Shown: positions 47,944 to 57,183, counted from the stretch's first letter. The stretch: 64,000 nucleotides of DNA from Lentisphaeria bacterium (GCA_017541665.1 JAFXYP010000086.1:29784-93783); one strand, 5' to 3'. Notes: generated by a model not told the origin, from the letters alone. A program made the numbers and translations.

Positions 47944-48894
47944 TCATGCTGTTTTCATTTTCCGGGGAGAATTTCCCCTGCTATTTACTTTACACCGCTT
48001 TGAAAAATATTCAAGGCAAAGTGTGAGTTCCGCCCGTAAATTTTTCCGTTCGACGATCCGGTCGATGAAGCCCTTCTGGAGCAGGAACTCCGAAGTCTGG
48101 AACCCGTCCGGGAGTTGCGCCTGGGTGGTCGCCTCAATGACGCGGCGGCCGGCGAAGCCGACCATGGCGCCCGGCTCGGCCAGGATCAGGTCGCCGAGCG
48201 AGGCGAAACTGGCGGTGACGCCCGCTGTGGTCGGATGGGTCAGGATCACGATATAGGGCAGCCCGGCCTCCTTGTGGCGGTAAAGCGCGCCGCTGGTCTT
48301 CGCCATCTGCATGAGGCTGATGAGGCCTTCGTACATGCGCGCGCCGCCGCTGGCCGTGACAATCACGAGCGGGAGACCTTTCGCCGTGGCGGTCTCAATG
48401 GCACGGGTGATCTTCTCGCCGACGACCGCGCCCATGCTGGCGCCGAGGAACCGGAAATCCATGACGGCGAGAACGTACGGGATGAAGTTGACGGCGGTGA
48501 CGCCCGAGATCACGGCATCGCGGAGGCCGGTCTTCTCGTGGTTGGCGCGGAGCTTGTCCACATAGGAGGAAACGCCTTCGAATTTGAGCGTGTCGACGGA
48601 TTCGAGCTTCGAGTCGAGCTCCTGGAAGCTGCCGAGGTCGGTCAGCAGGTCGATGCGCTCCAGGGCGGTCATCGGATAGTGATAGCCGCACTTCGGGCAG
48701 ACCTGGAGGTTCTCCTCCTTGCGGCTGGAAAAGATCAGTTCATTGCAGTTCTTGCATTTTTCCCAGAGCCCCTGCGGGATGTCCTTCCGTTTCGCGACTT
48801 CGCTCTGTTTCTGGAGCCCGTGATGCGTAATGACGCTGGCCGGGACCACGGGGGTGATCGGCAGAGGTTTGATTTTTTTGGTAAATGCGGCCAT
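47944..48894 (-). CDS. accD: acetyl-CoA carboxylase carboxyltransferase subunit beta
   Basis: Zn ribbon CKNCNE...CPKCGYHYPM and the carboxyltransferase core GGARMYEGLISLMQMAKT. Confidence 0.95.
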   Translation of the reverse strand: MAAFTKKIKPLPITPVVPASVITHHGLQKQSEVAKRKDIPQGLWEKCKNCNELIFSSRKEENLQVCPKCGYHYPMTALERIDLLTDLGSFQELDSKLESVDTLKFEGVSSYVDKLRANHEKTGLRDAVISGVTAVNFIPYVLAVMDFRFLGASMGAVVGEKITRAIETATAKGLPLVIVTASGGARMYEGLISLMQMAKTSGALYRHKEAGLPYIVILTHPTTAGVTASFASLGDLILAEPGAMVGFAGRRVIEATTQAQLPDGFQTSEFLLQKGFIDRIVERKNLRAELTLCLEYFSKRCKVNSRGNSPRKMKTA

Positions 48895-48938
48895 GGCAGC
48901 ACCTTGTAAATGTGGGTCGATTCCGGCTCGTACGATCG

Positions 48939-49658
48939 TCAGCGACGGGCGGCCGAAACCGCAAAGACCCGGGAGGCTCCCGCGTCAAGCAGTGCGGACG
49001 CCGCCGAGGCAAGCGTGGTACCCGTCGTCAAAACATCGTCCACAATTAATATAGCACGCTTTTCGCATTTTGTCGAGTCCGTCGGCGAAAAAGCGCCCAT
49101 TAAATTCAAAATTCTTTCCTTGCGGCTCAGGCGCGCCTGCTGCCGGGTGCGTTTGCACCGGCGGAGCGCCCGGACCACCGGGACGCCGAGTTCCGCGGAG
49201 ATGCCCTGGCAGATCAGGTCGGCCTGGTTGAACCCGCGCTGGACGAACCGCGTCCAGTGCAACGGGACGGGCACGATCATATCGACGGGGCATGGGAGTT
49301 CGCGCTTCAGCTTGCCGCCGAGCAGGCGCCCCAGCGCACGCGCGAATTCCGGGCGATTCCGGTATTTCAGCATCATGACCGCCAGGCGGGCATTTCCCTC
49401 CATATGAAAGAGCGAGAACGCCCGGCTCCACGGGCGGGGCGGCTGGTGAAGGCATTTCGGGCAAACTTCCAGAATGCCGTCCATCGGGCCGCCGCAACCC
49501 GGGCAGTACGGCGGGACGATGAAGGGAAGCGACTCCAGGCACTCCGCACAGAACATACCGGGGGATCCGTCGAACGGAGGCTTGCCGCAGACCGGGCATC
49601 GGAAGGGAAACGCCGCGGAAAGACATGCGGTCAGCAGGGATTCGAGGCGGGACGGCAT
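48939..49658 (-). CDS. comF: ComF-family protein (phosphoribosyltransferase domain)
   Basis: N-terminal double CxxC motifs and the C-terminal PRTase loop ILIVDDVLTTGTT. Confidence 0.8.
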   Translation of the reverse strand: MPSRLESLLTACLSAAFPFRCPVCGKPPFDGSPGMFCAECLESLPFIVPPYCPGCGGPMDGILEVCPKCLHQPPRPWSRAFSLFHMEGNARLAVMMLKYRNRPEFARALGRLLGGKLKRELPCPVDMIVPVPLHWTRFVQRGFNQADLICQGISAELGVPVVRALRRCKRTRQQARLSRKERILNLMGAFSPTDSTKCEKRAILIVDDVLTTGTTLASAASALLDAGASRVFAVSAARR

Positions 49659-49667
49659 GGCGCAACC

Positions 49668-50822
49668 TCAGTGTTTTTTCGAGTAGGTGCCGTCCGGGTT
49701 CTTGCGGACGCGGTGAAGGATTTCCAGGCTGATCATGGTGGAGATCACGGCAGACGGGGGGATGCCCGCGGTCTCGGAGATCGTGTCCACGTTTGCCGGC
49801 CCCTTCGCCAGCACGTCCAGGATCGCCGTCTCCTCCTCGGAGAACATGGAGTCATCGAGGTCGTCCGCCTCCGTCCGGTCGGCGTCGTCCGAGGCGGCAA
49901 ACGGGCTTACGGGCGTTTCGCGGAGCGAGGCGGGATGGAATCCGGGCAGGAAATCGAATTCGTCGAGGATGTCGTCGAAGTTCATCACGAGCTTGGCACC
50001 CTGCTTGATGAGCGTGTTGCAGCCCGCCGCCGAGGGATTGTCCGCCTCGCCCGGCACGGCGAAGACATGGCGCCCCTGTTCCAGCGCCTGGGCCGCGGTG
50101 ATCAGCGAACCGCTGTTGACGCCCGCCTCGACCACCAGAGTGCCGCAGGAAAGACCCGCGATGATGCGGTTGCGCATCGGGAACGTATGGCGCGTGGGGG
50201 CCGTGGTCATGGGGAACTCGGAGATCACGGCGCCGCCGGTCCGGATAATGGCGCGGGCGAGGTCGAGATTTTCGATCGGATGCAGTTTGGCGAGGCCGCC
50301 GCCGAGCACAGCGACGGTCCTGCCGCCCGCGTCGACCGTGGCCTGGTGGACGATGGTGTCGATGCCGACCGCGAGGCCGCTGACCGTAGTCCAGCCGCCG
50401 TAAGCTGCGGATTCCGAGAGGTGCCGTGCCATGCGTGCACCGTAGTTGGAGGCGTTGCGCGTGCCGACGATGGAGATGGAGCGGGCGGCGAAGTCGGCGG
50501 AGAGGGAACCGCGCATGTAGATGCAGAGCGGGGCGTCGCGGAGCTCGCGCAGGGATGCCGGATATTCGTCGTCGGTGCGGCAGAGGATGGTCACGCCGCC
50601 GTTCTTCGCGATCTCAAGTTCGCGGCCGAGATCGACGAAATCGCGCCAGCGCAGGATGCGGTCGGCCAGCTCGGAGCTGATGCCGCGGATGCGGGCGAGC
50701 GAGGCGGCGTCCGATTCGAAGATGGCCGAGACGGAGCCGCAGAATTCGATGAGGGCATTGGCGCGCGAACCGCCGATGCCGCTCAGCATGTTCAAAACGA
50801 TGCAGCCGTCATGGTCGTTCAC
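49668..50822 (-). CDS. dprA: DNA-processing protein DprA
   Basis: GLAVGIDTIVHQATVDAGGRTVAVLGGG ... FPMRNRIIAGLS ... VVEAGVNSGSLITA, plus a C-terminal winged-helix tail. Confidence 0.9.
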   Translation of the reverse strand: MNDHDGCIVLNMLSGIGGSRANALIEFCGSVSAIFESDAASLARIRGISSELADRILRWRDFVDLGRELEIAKNGGVTILCRTDDEYPASLRELRDAPLCIYMRGSLSADFAARSISIVGTRNASNYGARMARHLSESAAYGGWTTVSGLAVGIDTIVHQATVDAGGRTVAVLGGGLAKLHPIENLDLARAIIRTGGAVISEFPMTTAPTRHTFPMRNRIIAGLSCGTLVVEAGVNSGSLITAAQALEQGRHVFAVPGEADNPSAAGCNTLIKQGAKLVMNFDDILDEFDFLPGFHPASLRETPVSPFAASDDADRTEADDLDDSMFSEEETAILDVLAKGPANVDTISETAGIPPSAVISTMISLEILHRVRKNPDGTYSKKH

Positions 50823-51906
50823 AGACTTCCTCCCAGACGGCCTGGATCGCCTCGCGCGGGACGTCCGTACGGACTTCGGCGCGGCCGATGGCGAGCGGCA
50901 GGACGATGCGCGGCACGCCGGAAACGGCTTTCTTGTCCGAAGCCATCGCAGTTAGAAGGGCGGCCGGGGCGCAACCGGACACCGTGACGGGCAGACGGTA
51001 CTGACGAAGCAGGGCGGATATCTTCGCGGCGGAATCCGCATCCAACAGGCCGAGCCGGACCGAAAGCCGGGCGGCGGCGGCGATACCGACCGAAACCGCT
51101 TCGCCATGCTCGAACCCGCGGTAATCCTGAACTTTTTCGATCGCGTGTCCGAACGTGTGCCCCAGGTTGAGCAGCATGCGTTCGCCGCGTTCCTGTTCGT
51201 CGCGGGACACGACGGCGGCCTTCAGGGCGCAGGAACGCGCCACGAGGGACGCGAGGCGGGCATGGTCGCGGAAGAGCGAGTCCCCGGCAGCCGCCAGTTC
51301 GTCGAAGAGCGCGCGGTCGAACAGGACGGCGTGCTTGATGAGTTCGGCAAATCCGTTCGACAGCTCGCGGGACGGAAGCGACGCCAGAAACGTGGTGTCC
51401 ATCAGGACGGCTTTCGGCTGGTAGAACGTGCCGACCAGGTTCTTGCCTTCCGGCAGGTCCACGCCGGTCTTGCCGCCTACGCCGGAGTCGATCATCGCCA
51501 GAAGCGACGTCGGAATCTGCACGCACCGGATCCCCCGCATGTAGACGGATGCGGCAAATGCGGCCATGTCGCCCGCCACGCCGCCGCCGAGCCCCACAAC
51601 CAGCGAACCGCGGTCAAGCCCGGCACGCGCGGCGTCCCGGCAGATGTCGCCGATCGTCGCAAGGTGCTTGGAGGTCTCACCGGCGGGGAAGACGGATTCC
51701 GCCACGGCGGAAGCCCCGGCGACCAGCAGCGTCCGGTGCAGGAGGTCGCCGTACAGAGGGAAGACGTTCGAATCGGAAACGATCAGGACTTTCACGCCTT
51801 TCACGAAAGGCGCCAGAAGCCGGACGGACGCACATGAAGAAAAGAGGTCCTGCGCTACGGAGATGTCGTAGGAACGCGCCCCGAGGCTGACTTGCACGGT
51901 TTCCAT
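50809..51906 (-). CDS. aroB: 3-dehydroquinate synthase
   Basis: GGGVAGDMAAFAASVYMRGIRCVQIPTSLLAMIDSGVGGKTGVDL. The ATG at 51906 (METVQVSL) lies just after the hisA stop. Confidence 0.9.
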   Translation of the reverse strand: METVQVSLGARSYDISVAQDLFSSCASVRLLAPFVKGVKVLIVSDSNVFPLYGDLLHRTLLVAGASAVAESVFPAGETSKHLATIGDICRDAARAGLDRGSLVVGLGGGVAGDMAAFAASVYMRGIRCVQIPTSLLAMIDSGVGGKTGVDLPEGKNLVGTFYQPKAVLMDTTFLASLPSRELSNGFAELIKHAVLFDRALFDELAAAGDSLFRDHARLASLVARSCALKAAVVSRDEQERGERMLLNLGHTFGHAIEKVQDYRGFEHGEAVSVGIAAAARLSVRLGLLDADSAAKISALLRQYRLPVTVSGCAPAALLTAMASDKKAVSGVPRIVLPLAIGRAEVRTDVPREAIQAVWEEVCERP

Positions 51907-51907
51907 G

Positions 51908-52645
51908 TCAGCGGGCGCCTCCGGCCGCGGCCAGCAGCTCGGCATAAGTCGTGCGCCCGTCGTAAAGCGCCTTGCCGACGATCGCGCCTTCGAGATTGGC
52001 GCAGCCGAGCGAGATCATGCCGCGGACATCCCCGGGCGAGCTCACGCCGCCGGATGCGATGATCCGGCAGTCCGGGAGCTGTTCGCAGAGGCTCCGCATG
52101 AACGGGAGGTTCGGGCCCTTCAGCGCACCGTCGGTGGCGATGTCGGTGAAAATGAAACGTGAGATGCCGAAGAGGAACAGCGTCCTGGCAAGCGCCGCGG
52201 CATCGACCGTGGAGGTCTCGACCCAGCCGCGCGTGGCGACCTTGCCGTCGCGGGCGTCGATCCCGGCGACGACCTTCTCCTGGCCGAAGGCATTGATGAA
52301 GTCTTCGGCGCTCTTCGGGTCGTCGCAGACCGCGGTCCCGAGGATCACGCGGGAAACGCCCAGGTCGAACGCGCGTTTCGCATCGTCGACGGTGCGGATG
52401 CCGCCGCCCAGTTCGCACGGGATGGAAACGCGGGAGCAGATCGCGCGGATCGCCTCGGAATTGGTCATCGCGCCGGACTTCGCGCCGTCGAGGTCGACCA
52501 GATGGATCAACGGAGCCCCGGCATCTTCCCACACGGCGGCCTGGTCGGCCGGCGTGCTCTCGTAAACCGTCTCCTTCGCATAGTCGCCCTGGAAAAGACG
52601 GACGCAGTTCCCGTGAAGCAGATCGATGGCGGGAAACAATTTCAT
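51908..52645 (-). CDS. hisA: ProFAR isomerase (HisA)
   Basis: MKLFPAIDLLHGNCVRL ... HLVDLDGA ... GGGIR. ATGA overlap with the hisH stop. Confidence 0.9.
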   Translation of the reverse strand: MKLFPAIDLLHGNCVRLFQGDYAKETVYESTPADQAAVWEDAGAPLIHLVDLDGAKSGAMTNSEAIRAICSRVSIPCELGGGIRTVDDAKRAFDLGVSRVILGTAVCDDPKSAEDFINAFGQEKVVAGIDARDGKVATRGWVETSTVDAAALARTLFLFGISRFIFTDIATDGALKGPNLPFMRSLCEQLPDCRIIASGGVSSPGDVRGMISLGCANLEGAIVGKALYDGRTTYAELLAAAGGAR

Positions 52646-53271
52646 GATGGGATCTCTCCTTTGCACAGGGCCGAGAACCCACGCAGGATCGCCAGCCCGT
52701 TTTCCTGGCTTTTCTCCGGATGGAACTGCGTCGCGGCCAGGTTGCCGCGCGACACAGCCGAGGTGAAACCGCAGATATAATCCGTTTGTCCGGCGGTCAC
52801 GGACGCATCATCCGGCACGACATAGAACGAATGGACGAAATAGAACCATGCGGGCTCCTTGAACGAGGCAAAGCACGGATGCGACGAACGGAACGAGACT
52901 TTGTTCCAGCCCATGTGCGGCACCTTCTCCGTCTCAGAAACGAACTTGCGGCAGCAGCCCTTCAGGATGCCGAGGCCGGCCACGCCGGGCGCTTCCTCGC
53001 TGGACTCGAACAGCATCTGGAGCCCCAGGCAGATCCCGAGAAACGGCCTGTCCGCCGCCGTCCAGTCGCGCAGGAATCCGGTGAAACCGGTCCGTTCGAG
53101 GTTCTTCATCGCATCGTGGAAATTTCCTACGCCCGGCAGAACGACGCCCGCGGCATCCGCGGCCTCACCCGGAGAACGGATGATGCGGACTTCGGCGCCC
53201 GTATAGATCAAAGCCCTCTCCACGTTGCGGAGATTGCCCATGTCATAGTCGATGATCGCGATCAATGCCAT
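52642..53271 (-). CDS. hisH: imidazole glycerol phosphate synthase, glutamine amidotransferase subunit
   Basis: IAIIDYDMGNLRNV, GICLGLQML (catalytic Cys) and TQFHPEKS. Confidence 0.95.
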   Translation of the reverse strand: MALIAIIDYDMGNLRNVERALIYTGAEVRIIRSPGEAADAAGVVLPGVGNFHDAMKNLERTGFTGFLRDWTAADRPFLGICLGLQMLFESSEEAPGVAGLGILKGCCRKFVSETEKVPHMGWNKVSFRSSHPCFASFKEPAWFYFVHSFYVVPDDASVTAGQTDYICGFTSAVSRGNLAATQFHPEKSQENGLAILRGFSALCKGEIPS

Positions 53272-53401
53272 TATGGCCCCGTCCTTCTTACTCTTACTTT
53301 AAAAAAACGCATACTATCAATATACGCCTTTTTCCTCGAAAAGTCAAATTTTCCGCAGTGGCGGGACCGGTCGTGCCGGGTGTTTCCCTTTGGGATGGAT
53401 G

Positions 53402-54628
53402 TCACCGGGCGAAGACGAGCAGAAAACCGGCGATCCCGCCGAGGATGAATCCGAGCAGCTGGATCATGCCGAGTTCCTCGCCGGACACGTCGCGGACAAG
53501 CCTGTGGACTTTTTCCGGGTCCAGGCCCAGGATCGACCTGCGGATGTGGCCGGGCAGATCGAGCCCGGCAATGATCGCGTCTTTGTTCCGGCGGATCTGC
53601 TGCTGCAGGAAGACCCGGATGCCCGGCAGGATCTGTTCGCGGATGATCTGCCACACGAGCTCGTCCTCCAGGAACTCCAGCAGTTTCCCGGCGAGGTCGT
53701 CGCGCAGGGCCGTGAGCGCATCGCCGATCCCGGCGTCCCGCTTCAGCGCCGCGATGTCCGCCTCAAGCTCGGTCGAAAGCAGATATCCCTCCAGGCGAGA
53801 CTCGAACTCCGCCAGTTTCTGTTTGACCTGCCGGTCGGCATCCTGCCCGGAGAGCTTGTCCCGAATGGAGCTTTCCAGCTTGCGCCACGGCAGGTTTTCC
53901 CCGTTCGCGCCCGTAAAGATGCTCAGGACGGCCCCTTTGATCGGATTGTCGTGCATGTACTCCGCGATCATCGCGGGCATGTTCGCGCGGATTTCGCCGA
54001 TCAGGCCGGGGGTCTGCTCCTTCAGTTCGTCCAGGATCTTTTTCCGCAGCGCTTTGTTGCGGATTACTTTCTCCTTCACGAAACCTGTGCCGTAGAGATG
54101 GTAGAACCGGCGCACGTTCGACGGAGTGAATCCCGCCTCGATGCCCGTGGATCCGGCAGTATCGAGGAACGCCGCGATCCGCCGCGTGAGCTCCTGCTTC
54201 CGGTGTTCGTCCCGGATATAGTCCGCGACCATCGCGTGAAGCCGGTCCGCAAGCTCGGGATCCTGCATGGCTTCGCGGATCCTCCGCCGGATCTGAAACG
54301 CGATCCGCTCCGGCGGCATCAGGTTGGCGGGGATCTGTTCCGCGAGCGTGTCCGCCAGGCCCGGCTGGTTCTTCGGGATCATCCCCTGGAGCCCGCCGAG
54401 CCATCTTGCAGGACGGTACGGACGGAAGAGCAGCTGGATCGCCAGCCAGTTCGTGAGGTAGCCGACCGCGGCCGCCGTGAAGACGGGAACCAGCCAGTCC
54501 GTGACGGCCGCGGGGAATTCCGCTGCGCCGGTCCTGCGGAGCACGCCGCACACCACCGTCGCAGCCAGGGAAAACAAGCTTATCCCGAAGCACATCGTAT
54601 TCAAGGATTTCATTGTCTGTTTTTTCAT
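53402..54628 (-). CDS. DUF445-family membrane protein
   Basis: AVGYLTNWLAIQLLFRPYRP and a C-terminal TM helix (IQLLGFILGGIAGFLLVF), as in DUF445/YheB-like proteins. Confidence 0.7.
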   Translation of the reverse strand: MKKQTMKSLNTMCFGISLFSLAATVVCGVLRRTGAAEFPAAVTDWLVPVFTAAAVGYLTNWLAIQLLFRPYRPARWLGGLQGMIPKNQPGLADTLAEQIPANLMPPERIAFQIRRRIREAMQDPELADRLHAMVADYIRDEHRKQELTRRIAAFLDTAGSTGIEAGFTPSNVRRFYHLYGTGFVKEKVIRNKALRKKILDELKEQTPGLIGEIRANMPAMIAEYMHDNPIKGAVLSIFTGANGENLPWRKLESSIRDKLSGQDADRQVKQKLAEFESRLEGYLLSTELEADIAALKRDAGIGDALTALRDDLAGKLLEFLEDELVWQIIREQILPGIRVFLQQQIRRNKDAIIAGLDLPGHIRRSILGLDPEKVHRLVRDVSGEELGMIQLLGFILGGIAGFLLVFAR

Positions 54629-54811
54629 TCTGCACCTTTCCGGTCATGGTTCGATGATTTCGTATCGGACAATGATTACAATATACCGCCGCCCACGCCA
54701 TGAAATGTCATAGCGGGAACGGCGGGCGATATTCCGGGATCGGGATCACCCGATCATTCGCAAATCCAATACGGCTCTTCAAATTCGACCGGGCATCCCC
54801 GGTTGCGTTTT

Positions 54812-55177
54812 CTATCTTCTTTCAAACACCAAGCTGCTGTACATCCCTGTTGCGGGATCATGCCCTTCACCTTTGACTCGGTACAGGGATTTTATTGCTT
54901 TGATAAATTCCTTGATCGCAAAAATCACACTGGCGATAGCAGTAAACAGTTGAGCAAACAGTTTCAGCATTGCGATTATTTTATCTATCTCTTCCGGGGT
55001 AGGCATTCGAAAAGCATTATAGCATAAATAATCAGGATTGTTCGAGGATTCCGATGGCATTATGTCGCATTTTTTTACAAGGAATTTGATCAAACCAGGA
55101 TCTTTGACCAGAATAACATCTTCCTTGTCGATCACGACGGCTTTTGCAAACTCAAAACGGTTTTTTACTTCAACCAT
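54812..55177 (-). CDS. small protein P2 (121 aa), paralogue of P1, unknown family
   Basis: RBS AAAGGAGAAGACC-ATG. It shares the N-terminal module MVEVKNRFEFAKAVVIDKEDVILVKDPGLIKFL, a central hydrophobic/amphipathic helix and a C-terminal GHDPATG motif with P1. The gene looks A/T-rich by eye. Confidence 0.65.
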   Translation of the reverse strand: MVEVKNRFEFAKAVVIDKEDVILVKDPGLIKFLVKKCDIMPSESSNNPDYLCYNAFRMPTPEEIDKIIAMLKLFAQLFTAIASVIFAIKEFIKAIKSLYRVKGEGHDPATGMYSSLVFERR

Positions 55178-55233
55178 GGTCTTCTCCTTTGTTTGTTTTA
55201 GACTTGGTTATTTGTGGTGTTTTTGCGAAAGAG

Positions 55234-55353
55234 TCAGGTTCCATCTTCAGCAGAGTTTTTTGAGACGGCTTCTCCTCAGGCAGAAGACTTCGATTTCTTC
55301 GGTTTGACGGCAGTTTGCGCGGCTTCGGATTTCGTCCCAGCAGACGTTTTATC
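55234..55353 (-). pseudogene. decayed duplicate of the 3' end of the WYL regulator gene
   Basis: The in-frame translation ...SAGTKSEAAQTAVKPKKSKSSA*GEAVSKNSAEDGT* aligns with the regulator C-terminus ...SAAGKKASSAPKAKPKRKSHTRKRIVSKSSVEGCP*. The stop sits at the homologous position. The 25-nt box after the stop is conserved at 22/25 positions. Confidence 0.6.
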
Positions 55354-55408
55354 AAGACCGTGCTTATCCGATGATTTGCGAATCAAATACAGCTTTCGTT
55401 TTCGATTA

Positions 55409-55780
55409 TCATTTCTCCGCTTGTTCTTCTCTGCGTTTCCTGAACTTAACGCAACCGACCTTCCCCGTTTCAGGATTGAAGCCGTCGATCGTAACATCAT
55501 ATTCTTTTTCAAGCGCTCTTTTCACAAGATATGTTCCGCAGATGAGGATGGCGATTGCGATTATCGCTTCAATAATAGGTTCAATGACATCAGGGGAGAG
55601 CTCTAACGAAAGAGTGCTGTTCATCCCGCAAGGTCCGCCGGAGGAGGAGGGTTCCGGCAGTTTGACATGGCCTTTTTCTATAAGGTACTTTATCAGCTCA
55701 GGGTCTTTTACTATGATTTCATCCTCTCCGTCTATCACGAGAGCTTTTGCAAGCTCAAAACGGTTTGTTACTTCAATCAT
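55409..55780 (-). CDS. small protein P1 (123 aa), unknown family, predicted single hydrophobic helix
   Basis: RBS AAAGGAGAATGCC-ATG at 55780; the ORF-track start at 55843 would overlap the regulator. MIEVTNRFELAKALVIDGEDEIIVKDPELIKYL, helix IIEAIIAIAILICGTYLV, and C-terminal GFNPETG. Confidence 0.65.
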   Translation of the reverse strand: MIEVTNRFELAKALVIDGEDEIIVKDPELIKYLIEKGHVKLPEPSSSGGPCGMNSTLSLELSPDVIEPIIEAIIAIAILICGTYLVKRALEKEYDVTIDGFNPETGKVGCVKFRKRREEQAEK

Positions 55781-55833
55781 GGCATTCTCCTTTATGTTCG
55801 GTTTGATTATTACGTAGTGTTTTTGCGGAAGGG

Positions 55834-56937
55834 TCAGGGGCAACCCTCAACAGAACTTTTCGACACGATTCGTTTTCGGGTGTGGGATTTTCTCTTCGGC
55901 TTGGCTTTCGGTGCGGAGGACGCCTTCTTCCCGGCGGCGGAGGCGGCCTCTCCCCGGTTGCGCTCCCAGATGAGCCTGCCCGCGTCGGCGACCTTCGCAC
56001 GGAGTTCGGCCGGCTCCAGGACCTCGATCTTCCCGGATTCGCCGAGGACCCAGCGGATGACCTCGTGTTCGAACGCGGGCTTGAGGGTGATGACGAGGGA
56101 GCCGTCGGTCTGCGGTTCGACCTTGAACTGCTTCACGGGCTGGTGCTCGCGGAGGTAGAACGCGATGGACGCGTCGCAGCGCAGGCGGATGCCGCTGACC
56201 CTGGGGTAGATGAAAAGGCCGTTCTTCCGGGTGTCCTCGATGAGCTTCTTGTCGGAGATGAAGGTGTCGCCGGCATACGAGGCGGAGAGGATGCGCTGGA
56301 TGGCGTAGACCTTCACGTCCTTCGTACCGGATTCGTAGCCCTTTGTGTACCACACGCCATTGCGGAACGCGAGGATATGCGGTTCGAAACGGCGGACGGA
56401 TTCCGGTTCGTTCGGCTTGTGGTAGGTCAGCTCGACGACCTGATGCCGGCGCCATGCGTCGAAAATCCTCTTGAAGACCTCCGGGGCAACCGCGGACTTG
56501 ATGCCCGTGGCGCAGAGGATGGACTCGATCATGGCGTCATCGAAGAACCTGGAACTGTTTCCCGCCAGCGCACTTTCCATCGCCGAGTTCGCCCTTGTCC
56601 GGACCGGTTCGGGGAGGAAATCGGAAACGAGGCGGGTGCTGAGCAAGGACATGCTCAGGACATCGTCGTTCATGAGCGGGACGTTCAGTTCCCAGCCCGG
56701 ATTGACCAGGAAATAGCCGCGGTTCACCGGATCGTACTCGATCGGGGCATTGTATTCATTTTTCAGCGTCTCGATGTCGCGCATGATCGTCCGCGTGCTG
56801 CATGTGCAGGAGATGTTTTCCTCCGCGTCGGCCCGCAGCAGAAGCCGCGCGAAACTCCCCGCGTTCGGATAATTGTTCTTCCTCATCTCCGCAACGAATT
56901 TCATCAGCCGCAGCGCCTGTCTGCTCTGTACGCTCAT
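55834..56937 (-). CDS. HTH-WYL-domain transcriptional regulator (BrxR/CapW/PafBC-like architecture) with Lys/Ala-rich tail
   Basis: N-terminal wHTH (SFARLLL...STRTIMRDIETLKNEY.APIEYD...GY). Central WYL region (VELTYHKPNEPESVRRFEPHILAFRNGVWYTKGY). C-terminal extension domain. Confidence 0.8.
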   Translation of the reverse strand: MSVQSRQALRLMKFVAEMRKNNYPNAGSFARLLLRADAEENISCTCSTRTIMRDIETLKNEYNAPIEYDPVNRGYFLVNPGWELNVPLMNDDVLSMSLLSTRLVSDFLPEPVRTRANSAMESALAGNSSRFFDDAMIESILCATGIKSAVAPEVFKRIFDAWRRHQVVELTYHKPNEPESVRRFEPHILAFRNGVWYTKGYESGTKDVKVYAIQRILSASYAGDTFISDKKLIEDTRKNGLFIYPRVSGIRLRCDASIAFYLREHQPVKQFKVEPQTDGSLVITLKPAFEHEVIRWVLGESGKIEVLEPAELRAKVADAGRLIWERNRGEAASAAGKKASSAPKAKPKRKSHTRKRIVSKSSVEGCP

Positions 56938-56974
56938 TTTTCACACTCCATTCGGTTTTAATGAATTGAATGTT

Positions 56975-57002
56975 AATATATGCCATTTCCGAACCATTGC
57001 AA
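56975..57002 (-). promoter_or_regulatory. putative promoter of the WYL regulator cassette
   Basis: On the minus strand: TTGCAA, 16 nt, TATATT, about 35 nt upstream of the ATG (RBS GGAG). Confidence 0.5.
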
Positions 57003-57054
57003 GTGTCACAGGAGAACAATTGCTGAAAAAAGTGAGAGATAAACAAGGATCGCG

Positions 57055-57080
57055 ATGCTCCCCTTGACAAACGGGAGCAT
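57055..57080. promoter_or_regulatory. perfect 8-bp inverted repeat, candidate operator
   Basis: ATGCTCCC, 10 nt, GGGAGCAT. It lies about 50 bp upstream of the -35 of the WYL promoter, in the divergent intergenic region. Confidence 0.35.
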
Positions 57081-57155
57081 GATACGGCCACGGACGGGGG
57101 ATGCCTTTTTTTCGTTTTTATGGACAATCTGCGGTTGATTTCGCAAAAAAACGCC

Positions 57156-57183
57156 TTGCAGAAATCAGAATCCGGGCTATATT
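57156..57183 (+). promoter_or_regulatory. putative promoter of the type IIA topoisomerase operon
   Basis: TTGCAG, 16 nt, TATATT, about 150 nt upstream of the B-subunit ATG. Confidence 0.45.
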
